Notes: generated from the letters alone by a model not told the origin. Shown: positions 25,144-35,695, counted from the stretch's first letter. The stretch is 64,000 nt of DNA from Erysipelotrichaceae bacterium (GCA_015059095.1 SVBA01000010.1:30-64029); one strand, 5' to 3'. Made by a program: numbers and translations.

Positions 25144-27543
25144 TTAAATTGCAGACCAAGTTCCGCCACCTTTATCCCATGTGTTTTCTTTAACTGTGTA
25201 ACAATTTGTACCATCAGTTGGGATTGTTAAGTCAGCAGTTTGATTCCATTTATTATTCCAATTGTTAGCAGATTGATTTGGATTCATTCTACAGAAGATG
25301 ATATTAACATAGCCTGTTAAATCTTCCATACATTCGTAGACACCATCTCCATCACTATCAGTTAGGTCAGCCCATTTGTTACCACCATTATTCCAATAGT
25401 AAATAGCAAATCTAGCATTATCAGCTTTCCAATTTGCATTTGGAACGAAGTATAAAGTAGGTTCTGCATCAGGATTAACTGGAGCAATTACTGTTACTTC
25501 GTGTTTTTTGTTTAAATAGAATGTGTGTTCGCCTGCAACTTCTACAGTGTATGTGTAGATTACAGCGTTGTCACCTTTAATAACAATATTATCGTTTACT
25601 TCTAAAGTAACTACATATTTTGCATAATCATTACCTTTGTCTTGAGAAGCAGTTTCAGTAATATCTTCTTGATTTAATTCAATAGTATATTTTTCACATT
25701 CTTGAACAAATTCTAAAACAGGGTAAACTTCGTTTGATTTGTTAATGTAAATAGTATATTTACCAGTTTTTTCGACATAGTAATCATCAGCAGATGTACC
25801 AACCTTTAATGGATTACCATCAGCATAGAAAACTACAGTTGATCCTGCTTCTAAATTACAAACTAATTCATAGTTATTATCAGTTGTAGGATTTGAAGTA
25901 AATTCTACGTGTTGATTATCAATCATGATTGAAGGACCTTCTGGATGAGGTAAAGATTGAGAAGGTTCGCTAGATTCTGGTTCAGAAGATCCAGGTTCGC
26001 TTGATTCTGGTTCACTTGATTCAGGAAGAGAACTTTCAGGTTCGCTTGATTCAGGTTCAGAAGAAGTGTTTTCGCTTGATGAAGGATCACCTGGAATAGG
26101 GTCAGTTGGAGTGTCGTCTCCACCATCATCTTCGCTTGGTGTATAAGGATAAGTACCATATGTATTACCTTCATTCCAATCCATATAGAAAGCTGTATTT
26201 TCTTCTACTTCAGAAAGTGAGATTTTTGGTGATTCATCTCTATTGCCAGAATCATCATTTTTTATACCATTGAAAATAACAGTATCATATTGAGCTAAAT
26301 CGATTTCAACAATATACATGTCATATTGTTGGCCTTCAGGGCCATCAACTCCAACTTTAGTTAACGGAGTACCAGGCCATGCAACTTCCCAGTTATTATC
26401 TTCTAATTTAGAGTTATAAACATATGCAGAAACATCAGACCATTTCCAGTTGTTTTGGAAGTAAACAGTTAAGACGTTTGGTTCTTCAGGTATTGGTTCA
26501 CTTGATCCTGGTTCACTAGATTCAGGAAGAGAACTTTCAGGTTCACTTGATTCTGGTTCACTAGATTCAGGAAGAGAACTTTCAGGTTCAGAAGATTCTG
26601 GTTCGCTTGATTCAGGAAGAGAACTTTCAGGTTCAGAAGATTCTGGTTCGCTTGATTCAGGAAGAGAACTTTCAGGTTCACTTGATTCTGGTAAAGAAGA
26701 TTCTGGTTCACTAGATTCTGGTTCAGAAGAAGTGTTTTCACTTGATGAAGGATCACCTGGGATAGGATCAGTTGGAGTATCATCGCCACCATCATTTTCA
26801 CTTGGTGTATAAGTGTAACTACCATATGAGTTAGCACTATTTTCTTCATCCCATAGCATATAGAACGCTGTATTTTCTTCTACACCTGTTAATGAAATAT
26901 CAGGCGTTTGATTGTTATCACCTATTCCAGCATCAAAGCCATTAAAGATAACATAATCGAATTGATTTAAATCAATTTCAACGATATACATATCGTGTTT
27001 GTTATCACCTTCGCCATCTTGACCCACACTTGTTAATGGAGTACCAGGCCATTCGACTTCTGGAGTATTAGTTGTAGAATTCCAAACGTAAGCAGAAACA
27101 TCTGTCCAATTCCAGTTGTTTTGGAAGTAAACAGTTAAGACGTTTGGTTCTTCAGGTGTTGGTTCACTCGATCCTGGTTCACTTGATTCAGGAAGAGAAC
27201 TTTCAGGTTCAGAAGATTCTGGTAAAGAACTTTCTGGTTCGCTTGATTCAGGTTCACTTGAATCAGGTTGTGAACTATCTGGTTTAGATTCAGATGATTC
27301 TTTTTCACTTGATTCTGGTTCTGATGACTCAGGTTTAGAATCTTCTGAACTTGAAGAAGGTTTTGAAGTTTCTTCGGATTTTTTATCTTCAGATGATTGT
27401 TTGTTTTCTGAAGATTGTTTTTCTTCGGAACTAACTTGTGATTGAGGTTCAGATGATGAACTATTTGGTTTTCCCAAATCACATGATGCTAATCCCAAAG
27501 TTAATAAAGAGCATAAAGCTATCGTTATTATTTTTTTGTTCAT
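25144..27543 (-). CDS. repetitive cell-surface lipoprotein with three CBM25/26-like starch-binding modules and acidic PESSE linkers
   Basis: Lipobox LGLASC. Two modules about 75% identical (PNVLTVYFQNNWNW.DVSAYV.N...WPGTPLT...DMYIVEIDL...VIFNG) plus a divergent C-terminal module (EPTLYFVPNANWKADNARFAIYYWNNGG...). Long (S/E/P)n linkers. SD AAAGGAAA before the ATG at 27543. Confidence 0.75.
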   Translation of the reverse strand: MNKKIITIALCSLLTLGLASCDLGKPNSSSSEPQSQVSSEEKQSSENKQSSEDKKSEETSKPSSSSEDSKPESSEPESSEKESSESKPDSSQPDSSEPESSEPESSLPESSEPESSLPESSEPGSSEPTPEEPNVLTVYFQNNWNWTDVSAYVWNSTTNTPEVEWPGTPLTSVGQDGEGDNKHDMYIVEIDLNQFDYVIFNGFDAGIGDNNQTPDISLTGVEENTAFYMLWDEENSANSYGSYTYTPSENDGGDDTPTDPIPGDPSSSENTSSEPESSEPESSLPESSEPESSLPESSEPESSEPESSLPESSEPESSEPESSLPESSEPESSEPESSLPESSEPGSSEPIPEEPNVLTVYFQNNWKWSDVSAYVYNSKLEDNNWEVAWPGTPLTKVGVDGPEGQQYDMYIVEIDLAQYDTVIFNGIKNDDSGNRDESPKISLSEVEENTAFYMDWNEGNTYGTYPYTPSEDDGGDDTPTDPIPGDPSSSENTSSEPESSEPESSLPESSEPESSEPGSSEPESSEPSQSLPHPEGPSIMIDNQHVEFTSNPTTDNNYELVCNLEAGSTVVFYADGNPLKVGTSADDYYVEKTGKYTIYINKSNEVYPVLEFVQECEKYTIELNQEDITETASQDKGNDYAKYVVTLEVNDNIVIKGDNAVIYTYTVEVAGEHTFYLNKKHEVTVIAPVNPDAEPTLYFVPNANWKADNARFAIYYWNNGGNKWADLTDSDGDGVYECMEDLTGYVNIIFCRMNPNQSANNWNNKWNQTADLTIPTDGTNCYTVKENTWDKGGGTWSAI
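26476..26700. repeat. 45-bp tandem DNA repeat array inside the lipoprotein gene (encodes the SSEPESSLPESSEPE linker)
   Basis: Units 26566-26610 and 26611-26655 are identical (TTCAGGAAGAGAACTTTCAGGTTCAGAAGATTCTGGTTCGCTTGA). Flanking units are near-identical. Related arrays lie at about 25960-26110 and 27175-27300. The whole 660-bp module is also duplicated (26461 versus 27121). Confidence 0.75.
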
Positions 27544-27716
27544 AATTTTAATTTCCTTTTCTATTATTTACTATAATTAATTTTATAGATAAATCAAGAG
27601 ATTTTGAACTAAAAAAGTTTTATTTAAAATAAAAAACGTCTAAATAGTATAAGAATTATCCTTTTTAGTGAAAAAAAATTATTTTTGTTTTATAATAATT
27701 CCAAGAGGGAAGAATT

Positions 27717-28400
27717 ATGGTAAAAGTACAGTTAGCAGATAGATTAGGTAATGTTCAAACTAGAAGAGTTGGTTTTTCTTGGTTACATTTCTTTTTAGGG
27801 CCTATTCATTCGATTGGGGTAGGACATATTTTAACTGCACTTTTTGAAATTATTTTTTGGTATATGTTATTACCTATTCCTGGCATGAATTTTATAGTAG
27901 GAGCAATTGGAAATCTTTCTTTTTTACCAGAAAGAATAATTAATTTAGCTTCTTATATCTTACTATTTTTTAGAAGTTTACCAAATATGGTGTTTGGTAT
28001 TATTCTTGTATTAATTGTTCATCTATTAATATGCAGTCGAATTTCATCGACTAAATTAAGAAGATACATGAGAAGAAAACAACTTAGACCAGTGGAAGAA
28101 AAAGATGCTAGAATATTAATTAGATATCGCGTGTGCGATATTAATATAGGTTTAGCAGAATCATTTGATATTAGAGGCACAACAAAATATAAATCTGCAG
28201 AAGAAAACTGGTATGAAAATAATCAAAATAGGATTTCTTCTGGACCAAGTTTTGAAACTAGATCAAGTTTAAGATTTACTACTGAACAAAAGATTTCAGT
28301 TAAAATTGAACAATTAAAAAATATTTATGATTTAGGGTTAATTACTAAAGAAGAATACAATCGTAGACTTAAAAAATTAAAAGAAGAAAAAACAAACTAA
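27717..28400 (+). CDS. membrane protein with a C-terminal SHOCT domain
   Basis: N-terminal TM helices. The C-terminal IEQLKNIYDLGLITKEEYNRRLKKLKEE matches the SHOCT (short C-terminal) motif. Confidence 0.55.
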   Translation: MVKVQLADRLGNVQTRRVGFSWLHFFLGPIHSIGVGHILTALFEIIFWYMLLPIPGMNFIVGAIGNLSFLPERIINLASYILLFFRSLPNMVFGIILVLIVHLLICSRISSTKLRRYMRRKQLRPVEEKDARILIRYRVCDINIGLAESFDIRGTTKYKSAEENWYENNQNRISSGPSFETRSSLRFTTEQKISVKIEQLKNIYDLGLITKEEYNRRLKKLKEEKTN

Positions 28401-28430
28401 AAGCATCACAAAGTGATGCTTTATTTTTTT
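28401..28430. terminator. bidirectional terminator shared by the SHOCT gene (+) and adhE (-)
   Basis: AAGCATCAC-aaa-GTGATGCTT, flanked by T-runs on both strands. Confidence 0.7.
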
Positions 28431-31038
28431 ACTTTTCAATTGCTAAATATGCTTTTCTTAATATTTCTTTCATATCAGAAACTAAAGGAACTCTAGGATT
28501 ACAAGGTGAACATTGATCTTCAAAAGCAAGATATGCTAATGATTCGATATTATCCATCCACTCTTTTTCATTTACTCCTGCTGCTTTAAATGAACATTCT
28601 AATCCAATTTCTTTTGATAAGTTTTCTACTGCTAGAGCTAATGATTCAACACCTTCTTCTACAGTGCTTGCTTTTAAACCTAATAATCTAGCAATTTTTT
28701 GATATTTCTTATCACAATTATAAGTATTATATTTTGGCCATACTGTTAATTTTGATGGTGTGACTCCATTATATCTAATGGTATATGGAAGTAAGATTGC
28801 ATTAGCGTAACCATGTGGAACATGGAATAATCCTCCAACTTTATGTGCCATAGAATGATTCATACCTAAGAATGCATTTGCAAATGCCATTCCTGCAATA
28901 CAAGAAGCATTATGCATTTTTTCTCTTGATTCTAAATCATTTTTACCATTTTTTACGGCTCTAGGAAGATATTCAAATACCATTTCTATAGCTTGTAAAG
29001 CAAGTCCATCTGTATAGTCATTAGCTAGAGCAGAAGTATATGCTTCAATTGCATGAGTTAATACATCCATTCCAGTCATTGCTGTTACTTTTGAAGGAAG
29101 AGAGGTAGTAAATTCTGGATCGATAATTGCAACTGTTGGAGTTAAAGAATAATCTGCAAGAGGGTATTTTTTATTATTTTTCTTATCAGAAATTACTGCA
29201 AATGGTGAAACTTCTGAACCTGTACCTGAAGTTGTAGGAATACATACTAATTTTGATTTTTTACCTAATTCAGGATATCTAATTGCTCTTTTTCTAATAT
29301 CCATAAATTTTTGTTTTAAATCATCGAAATTTACTTCTGGATGTTCATAGAAAAGCCACATACCTTTAGCAGCATCCATTGGTGAACCTCCACCAAGAGC
29401 AATAATTGTATCGGGTTTGAATGCATTCATTAATTCGACACCTTTTTTGACTGTTTCAATATCTGGGTCTGGTTCAACATCGCAGAATAATTGTACTTGA
29501 ACTGGATTTCTTCTAAGCGCTAATTGATCAGTTACCCAGTTAATATATCCTAAATCTACCATACTTCTATCTGTTACAATAAATACTTTATTTACATCTC
29601 TCATATCTTGTAAATATTGAATAGAATTTCTTTCGAAATAGATTTTTGGAGGAATTTTAAACCATTGCATATTATTTTTTCTTTTACCTACTTTCTTAAT
29701 ATTTAGTAAGTTAATAGCAGACACGTTTCCACCAATTGAGTTTTTACCATATGATCCACAACCAAGTGTTAATGATGGTAAGAATGCATTGTAAACATTT
29801 CCAATTCCACCAAATGTTGAAGGTGAATTCCAGATAATACGCATCGCTTTAACTTTATCGCCATAAATTTCTGAATATTCTTTGTTTGCAGTATGAATTG
29901 CAGCACTGTGTCCTAACCCATTAAAATTAACCATATCTTCTGCTAAAGATACACCTTGTTCAAAACTATTAGATTTTAATATCGCAAGAACAGGGGATAA
30001 TTTTTCTCTAGTTAATGGTTCTTCAATTCCTACTTTTTTACAAGAAGCCGCGAGAATTACAGTGTTTTCAGGAACTTCAAATCCTGCTTGCTTTGCTATC
30101 CATTTAGCATTTTGACCAACAATTACTGAATTTAGTTTTGCATCTTTTGAATTTTCACTATAACTAGTTACACCAAACATATATTTTTCTAATTTAGTTT
30201 TTTCTTCTTTATTAACAAAATATACACCAAATCTTTCAAATAATTTCTTTGATTCATCATATATTTCTTTATCGATAATAACTGCTTGTTCAGAAGCACA
30301 AATCATTCCGTTATCAAATGATTTTGATATAACAATATCATTGACTGCTTGTTCTATGTTACATGATTTTTCCATGTATGCAGGAACATTACCTGCACCT
30401 ACACCCATTGCAGGTTTTCCACATGAATAAGCAGCTTTTACCATTCCATTACCACCTGTTGCTAAAATTGAAGCAATTCCTGGATGATTCATTAAAGCGG
30501 AAGTCGCTTCCATTGAAGGGTATTCAATCCATTGAATGCAGTGTTTAGGAGCACCAGCAGCAACTGCTGCTTCATAAACTATTTGAGCAGCTTTTTTTGA
30601 ACATTGTTGTGCATTTGGATGAAATCCAAAAATAATTGGGTTTCTAGTTTTTAATGCTATTAAGGATTTAAATATTACTGTTGATGTAGGATTAGTTACT
30701 GGTGTTACACCTGCAAGTACTCCTAATGGCTCAGCAATTTCTGTGATTCCTGTTACTGGATCATCTTTAATTACACCTACAGTTTTTAGATGTCTAAAAT
30801 TATTTACTACATATTCACAAGCAAATAAGTTTTTTGTAGCCTTATCTTCAAAAATACCTCTTTTAGTTTCATTTATTGCATCAAGTGCTAATGAACCATG
30901 ATGATCAAGAGCAGATATTGAACATTTTGCAACGATATAATCTACTTGTTCTTGAGTGAAATTTTGAAATTCATCTAATGCTTTTAAACCTTTATTTACT
31001 AAATCATTTATCATTTTTTCTACATTTATATTTTCCAT
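28429..31038 (-). CDS. adhE: bifunctional acetaldehyde-CoA / alcohol dehydrogenase
   Basis: 869 aa. N-terminal aldehyde dehydrogenase domain (...GAGNVPAYMEKSCNIEQAVNDIVISKSFDNGMICASEQ...) and C-terminal Fe-ADH domain (GGGSPMDAAK...HSMAHKVG). SD AAAGGAG before the ATG. Confidence 0.95.
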   Translation of the reverse strand: MENINVEKMINDLVNKGLKALDEFQNFTQEQVDYIVAKCSISALDHHGSLALDAINETKRGIFEDKATKNLFACEYVVNNFRHLKTVGVIKDDPVTGITEIAEPLGVLAGVTPVTNPTSTVIFKSLIALKTRNPIIFGFHPNAQQCSKKAAQIVYEAAVAAGAPKHCIQWIEYPSMEATSALMNHPGIASILATGGNGMVKAAYSCGKPAMGVGAGNVPAYMEKSCNIEQAVNDIVISKSFDNGMICASEQAVIIDKEIYDESKKLFERFGVYFVNKEEKTKLEKYMFGVTSYSENSKDAKLNSVIVGQNAKWIAKQAGFEVPENTVILAASCKKVGIEEPLTREKLSPVLAILKSNSFEQGVSLAEDMVNFNGLGHSAAIHTANKEYSEIYGDKVKAMRIIWNSPSTFGGIGNVYNAFLPSLTLGCGSYGKNSIGGNVSAINLLNIKKVGKRKNNMQWFKIPPKIYFERNSIQYLQDMRDVNKVFIVTDRSMVDLGYINWVTDQLALRRNPVQVQLFCDVEPDPDIETVKKGVELMNAFKPDTIIALGGGSPMDAAKGMWLFYEHPEVNFDDLKQKFMDIRKRAIRYPELGKKSKLVCIPTTSGTGSEVSPFAVISDKKNNKKYPLADYSLTPTVAIIDPEFTTSLPSKVTAMTGMDVLTHAIEAYTSALANDYTDGLALQAIEMVFEYLPRAVKNGKNDLESREKMHNASCIAGMAFANAFLGMNHSMAHKVGGLFHVPHGYANAILLPYTIRYNGVTPSKLTVWPKYNTYNCDKKYQKIARLLGLKASTVEEGVESLALAVENLSKEIGLECSFKAAGVNEKEWMDNIESLAYLAFEDQCSPCNPRVPLVSDMKEILRKAYLAIEK

Positions 31039-31132
31039 AAAATAAAACTCCTTTGTATTTGATAATTTCTTATCGATAAAAATATATCAAAAATAAAATA
31101 TCTTTTGCAACATATTAATTATTCTTATTTTA

Positions 31133-31146
31133 TGAAAACGTTTTCT
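31133..31146. promoter_or_regulatory. cre-like (CcpA) box upstream of adhE
   Basis: TGAAAACGTTTTCT matches 13/14 positions of cre consensus TGWAANCGNTNWCA. It lies about 95 bp upstream of the adhE start and is followed on the minus strand by a TTGCAA-18-TATATT promoter-like pair. Confidence 0.5.
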
Positions 31147-31154
31147 AATTATTA

Positions 31155-31192
31155 AAAATTAAAGAAAAATAAAAACCCTACTTAAAGTAGGG
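31155..31192 (-). terminator. rho-independent terminator after the mreB-like gene
   Basis: On the minus strand CCCTACT-tta-AGTAGGG followed by TTTTTATTTTTCTTT. Confidence 0.7.
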
Positions 31193-31211
31193 TAAATAAG
31201 TTTAATATAAA

Positions 31212-32192
31212 TTAATCTCTATGAGCAAGAATTTTCATACCATTAGAAACTGCACTTGTTGGATCCATTGCAATTCTAACAGAAATGTTCAATGCATTTT
31301 CTAAATATTCTCTTAATCCACCTAGTAATGATGTTCCACCACTAATTACTAATCCTGATTCAATTAATTCAGATGCTACTTCAGGTGGTATTAATTCTAA
31401 ACAATCAATTAATGCATCGACTAATGGTCCTAAGCAAGAAGATAATGAAGATTTTAATTCGGAAGTTGAAATAACTACAGAGTGAGGTAAACTTGAAACA
31501 ATGTCGATACCTGATACTTCTAATAATCTATTTTCTGGGAATGCTTCAACAGAACCAATTTTCATTTTGATATATTCTGCAGTTTTAGTTCCAATGATTA
31601 AATGATGATTTTTTCTTAAGTGTCTAATAATAGCTTCATCTAAAACTCTACCAGAGAAGTTTACTGATTTAGAAATGATAACTTTACCATTTGTTAAAAC
31701 TGAAATATCAGTTAAACCTCCTCCTAAATTACATACAAAAGCAGCTTTATTAGCAGCACTATCAGAAATTCCTCCTAATGCTGATAAATAAGAAGAAGTA
31801 TGAATTACTACGTGTTTCATATCTAATTTTCTAGCAACATTACGTAACGCTGATTGTTCAATTTGTGAATATTCACTTGGACAAGAAAGAATTACAGTCG
31901 CCCTTTTTGCTTTCTTCAATAGTTTTAATTCTTTTAAAACTGATTTTAAAAAATGAACAGCAGCTGGACCATCATTAATAACACCATTCTTAACTGGTCT
32001 AATAACTTTAATAGGAGCTTGTTCTTTTCCTAATAATTTAAAAGCTAAATATCCATAGCTTTCTACTTTATTTTTTTCTGTGTTGATAGCAACAACAGTT
32101 GGTTCATTATAAATAATTCCTTTTTTAGGTAAATACACGATTGTACTTGATGAACCTAAATCAATTCCGATTACATTTTTCATATTCAACAT
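31212..32192 (-). CDS. mreB: MreB/Mbl-like actin homolog (orphan; no mreCD neighbours)
   Basis: VIGIDLGSSSTIVY...NEPTVVAI...VKNGVINDG...LGGGLTDISV...GRVLDEAIIRHLRKNH...IGTKTAEYIK...ISGGTSLLGGLREYL is colinear with MreB phosphate-1/2, connect and adenosine motifs. The start may be the second ATG (32183). Confidence 0.7.
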   Translation of the reverse strand: MLNMKNVIGIDLGSSSTIVYLPKKGIIYNEPTVVAINTEKNKVESYGYLAFKLLGKEQAPIKVIRPVKNGVINDGPAAVHFLKSVLKELKLLKKAKRATVILSCPSEYSQIEQSALRNVARKLDMKHVVIHTSSYLSALGGISDSAANKAAFVCNLGGGLTDISVLTNGKVIISKSVNFSGRVLDEAIIRHLRKNHHLIIGTKTAEYIKMKIGSVEAFPENRLLEVSGIDIVSSLPHSVVISTSELKSSLSSCLGPLVDALIDCLELIPPEVASELIESGLVISGGTSLLGGLREYLENALNISVRIAMDPTSAVSNGMKILAHRD

Positions 32193-32396
32193 ACCTGCCT
32201 TATGATTATTCTAACACAATATTATTTTAATAATAAAGTTAAAATGCATTAAAAATTAATGAAAATTTATATTTTCTTGCTTTTGAAACAATATAAAAAG
32301 CCTAATTTTTAGAAAAAATTAAAAAAAATGAAGATTATTATATTTAAATATAATTTAAAGTGTTAAAATAGTAATCGTACAAAAAGGAGAAAAAAG

Positions 32397-34598
32397 ATGG
32401 CAAAGCAAATTTTTAGTTTAGACTTTGAAGGAAAAAAATTGAGCGTTGAAACTGGCGAAATTGCTAAACAAGCTGATGGTGCTGTTTTAGTTCGCTTGGA
32501 TGATACCGTGATTTTATCCACAGCCTGTGGTTCAGATGAACCAAAAGATGCAGATTTCTTCCCATTAACAGTTACATACGAAGAGAAGCAATATGCAGTA
32601 GGAAAGATTCCAGGTTCTTTCTTAAGAAGAGAAGGTAGACCAGGAGAACATGCTACCTTAACAGCTCGTTTAATTGATAGACCAATTAGACCAATGTTCT
32701 CAGATGGCTTTAGAAATGAAGTTCAAATCATTAACACAGTTATGTCAGTTGATCCTGATGCAACTCCAGAAATGGCAGCTATGTTTGGTTCATCATTAGC
32801 ATTATGTATTTCAGATATTCCTTTTGATGGTCCTATCGCAGGTGTCTATGTTGGTAGAGTTGATGGACAATTTATTATTAACCCAACAGTTGAGCAAAGA
32901 GAAAAATCAGATTTAAATCTTGCAGTTGCAGGTACTTGTGAAGCAATCAATATGATTGAAGCAGGTGCTGCTGAATTAAGTGAAGATGAAATGGTTGATG
33001 CTATTATGTTTGGTCATGAAGCAATTAAGAAATTATGTCAATTCCAAAAAGAAATTGCTGTTCAAATTGGTAAAGATAAGAAAACAGTTTCTTTATATTC
33101 TGTTGATGAATCAATTAATTCTCATGTAAGAGGAATGGCTCAAGATAGATTAGTAAAAGCCGTATCTATCGTAGATAAATTAGAAAGATATGATGCAATT
33201 GATGCTATCAATAATGAAGTAAGAGCATTATATGAAGAAAAAGCTTACAAGGACGATAAAGAAAAGAAATCTACTATCATGCAAGTAAACGATGTTTTAG
33301 AAGCTATCGTTGCTGAAGAAGTAAGAAGATTAATTACAGTTGATAAAGTAAGACCTGATGGAAGAAAAGTCGATGAAATTAGACCATTAGATGCTCAAGT
33401 AGATTTATTACCAAGAGTTCATGGTTCTGCTATGTTCACTCGTGGACAAACTCAAGTTGTTGATGTTTGTACATTAGGTCCAAAAACAGATGAACAAATT
33501 TTAGATAGTTTATCAAGTGAAGATACTAAGAGATGGATGCATCATTATAACTTCCCACCATTCTCAGTTGGTGAGATTGGAAGAACTGGTTCTCCAGGTA
33601 GAAGAGAAATCGGTCATGGTGCCTTAGGTGAAAGAGCATTATCTTATGTAATTCCTTCTGAAGAAGAATTCCCATATACAATTAGATGTGTATCTGAAGT
33701 TGTTGAATCAAATGGTTCTTCATCTCAAGCTTCTATTTGTGCTGCTTGTATGGCATTAATGGCTGCTGGTGTACCAATTAAAGCTCCTGTTTCAGGTATT
33801 GCTATGGGTTTAATTACTTCTGGACCATTAGATGGTAACCACCCATATACTATTTTAACTGATATTCAAGGTATGGAAGATCACTATGGTGATATGGACT
33901 TCAAGTGTGCTGGTACTCCAAAAGGTATTACAGCTTTACAAATGGATATTAAGATTAAAGGTGTAACAAAAGAAATTTTCCAAGAAGCATTAGCGCAAGC
34001 TCATAAAGCAAGAAAACAAATTCTTGATGTCATGTTAAAAGCAATTGATAAACCAAGAGAAGATGTCGGTAAATATGCTCCAAAAGTAGGTCAAATGAAT
34101 ATCGATGTTGATAAGATTAAAGATGTTATCGGTTCTCAAGGTAAAGTAATTAATGATATCATTGCAAAATGTAATGATGTTAAAATTGATATTTCAGATG
34201 ATGGACACGTAGTTGTTTACCATATGGAAAGAGAACCAATCAACAAAGCTTTAGCAATGATTGAAGCAATCGTAAAAGAAGCAAAAGTTGGTGAAATTTA
34301 TGAAGGTACAGTAGTAAGAGTTGAATCTTATGGTTGCTTTGTAAATTTATTTGGAAATGTTGATGGATTATGCCATGTTTCTAGATTAGATTGGGAAAGA
34401 GTAAATCATCCTCAAGATGTAGTCAAAGTAGGTCAAAAATTAAAAGTAATTGTTACTGAAATTGATGAAAAAGGAAGAGTAAATGTTTCTCATAAAGAGT
34501 TTGTTCCAAAGAAACCAAAACCTGAAAAAAAAGCTCCTAAAAAAGAGGAAGTAAAGGTTGAAGAAACAAAGGTTGAAGAAGCTAAAGTTGAAGAATAA
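32397..34598 (+). CDS. pnp: polynucleotide phosphorylase
   Basis: Two RNase PH domains, KH and S1 ([27 protein letters not shown]), 733 aa. SD AAAAGGAGA before the ATG. Confidence 0.95.
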   Translation: MAKQIFSLDFEGKKLSVETGEIAKQADGAVLVRLDDTVILSTACGSDEPKDADFFPLTVTYEEKQYAVGKIPGSFLRREGRPGEHATLTARLIDRPIRPMFSDGFRNEVQIINTVMSVDPDATPEMAAMFGSSLALCISDIPFDGPIAGVYVGRVDGQFIINPTVEQREKSDLNLAVAGTCEAINMIEAGAAELSEDEMVDAIMFGHEAIKKLCQFQKEIAVQIGKDKKTVSLYSVDESINSHVRGMAQDRLVKAVSIVDKLERYDAIDAINNEVRALYEEKAYKDDKEKKSTIMQVNDVLEAIVAEEVRRLITVDKVRPDGRKVDEIRPLDAQVDLLPRVHGSAMFTRGQTQVVDVCTLGPKTDEQILDSLSSEDTKRWMHHYNFPPFSVGEIGRTGSPGRREIGHGALGERALSYVIPSEEEFPYTIRCVSEVVESNGSSSQASICAACMALMAAGVPIKAPVSGIAMGLITSGPLDGNHPYTILTDIQGMEDHYGDMDFKCAGTPKGITALQMDIKIKGVTKEIFQEALAQAHKARKQILDVMLKAIDKPREDVGKYAPKVGQMNIDVDKIKDVIGSQGKVINDIIAKCNDVKIDISDDGHVVVYHMEREPINKALAMIEAIVKEAKVGEIYEGTVVRVESYGCFVNLFGNVDGLCHVSRLDWERVNHPQDVVKVGQKLKVIVTEIDEKGRVNVSHKEFVPKKPKPEKKAPKKEEVKVEETKVEEAKVEE

Positions 34599-34611
34599 AT
34601 GAATACTTGAA

Positions 34612-34640
34612 AGGATTAGTTTACTAATCCTTTTTTTATT
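34612..34640 (+). terminator. rho-independent terminator after pnp
   Basis: AGGATTAG-ttta-CTAATCCT followed by TTTTTTTATT. Confidence 0.8.
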
Positions 34641-34738
34641 AATTTATAGTTATTAAAAATTATAATATTTTTGCTTTACTATTTATGAAAAATTATATAC
34701 TATATTAATAAGCAATTAATGTTTTAGAGGTAGAAAAA

Positions 34739-35584
34739 ATGAGTAAAGAAAAGAACGTAAATTTGGAAAATAAAAGTGTAATTGAACCAAATTCAAAACC
34801 ACATATTATTAATAGAATTATTAGTGGATTAATCGATGCGTGCATCGTATTTTTGACTTTTACTATTTTATATGGCATCTTTTTAAATACTCCTATTTCT
34901 AATACTAGTTTGGCTTATAGAGACGAGATGATTGTTATTCAAGATTCATATTTATATTCAACTGGAATGGGATATAAAGAATATGATTTTAAAGATGATG
35001 AAGATTATGCGTCCTATAGAATTTATAAAGATGATCAAGATAAAGAATACGTTATTGTAGGAATATCTGCTCCTAGTGATGATGCTAGTCAAAGTGAATG
35101 GGATATCTATAATGAGAAATTTGTTGAGTATAATACTAAATTAAATAATGACGCATCGTACGCAAGCGCGAAGGGATTATATACTGCTTCTAATTTTGCT
35201 TTAATTAGTTTAGATGCATTAATTGTTGAAGGTATATTCTTTTTAGCAATTCCTTTAATTGATAAGAAAAGAAGAACTATTGGTAAAATGATTGCTAAAA
35301 CTCAATTATTTAGTACTAAACATCAGGGTAGAGTAAGATGGCATCAAGTAGTTGGTAGCTTTGCTTGGAAATTAATAGTAGAGTCTTTAATTCCATTTAT
35401 ATTCTTAAATCAGGCAACAGTATTTGCGACATCCTTTATTAATTTAATATTTGCTATGTCGAATAGAGATAATAAAACTTTCCATGATTTAGTGTCAAGA
35501 ACTAAAGTAATTACAGTTGAATCATATAAACCTATGTTTTGTGATTCAATCACAAATGAAAATGATAAAAATGGTACAAAATAA
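34739..35584 (+). CDS. RDD-family membrane protein with a large inserted loop
   Basis: N-terminal IINRIISGLIDACIVFLTF and later RRTIGKMIAKTQLF fit the RDD-family pattern. Three TM helices. Confidence 0.5.
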   Translation: MSKEKNVNLENKSVIEPNSKPHIINRIISGLIDACIVFLTFTILYGIFLNTPISNTSLAYRDEMIVIQDSYLYSTGMGYKEYDFKDDEDYASYRIYKDDQDKEYVIVGISAPSDDASQSEWDIYNEKFVEYNTKLNNDASYASAKGLYTASNFALISLDALIVEGIFFLAIPLIDKKRRTIGKMIAKTQLFSTKHQGRVRWHQVVGSFAWKLIVESLIPFIFLNQATVFATSFINLIFAMSNRDNKTFHDLVSRTKVITVESYKPMFCDSITNENDKNGTK

Positions 35585-35646
35585 GTGCCATTTTTTTAGT
35601 AAATATTAATTTATTAATAATTTTATCAAATTTGTTAAAATTGCTA

Positions 35647-35695
35647 TTGCAAACAAAAAATAAAATTACTATAATCTTTTTAGTAAGCGCTTTCC
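35647..35695 (+). promoter_or_regulatory. promoter with an overlapping cre-like box for the maltodextrin ABC transporter operon
   Basis: TTGCAA (35647-35652), 17-bp spacer, TATAAT (35670-35675). AGTAAGCGCTTTCC (35682-35695) matches 12/14 positions of the cre consensus and sits at the predicted +1 region. Confidence 0.45.

Noticed and set aside
26476-26700. Possible CRISPR array suggested by regularly spaced identical repeats
   Set aside because: The repeats are directly tandem with no unique spacers, lie in frame inside a coding sequence and encode the SSEPESS linker. No cas genes are present.
25923-27482. Three minus-strand ORFs (25923-26174, 26469-26849, 27135-27482) with Q/N/L-rich translations
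   Set aside because: They are alternative frames of the tandem 45-bp repeats inside the 799-aa lipoprotein gene, not independent genes.
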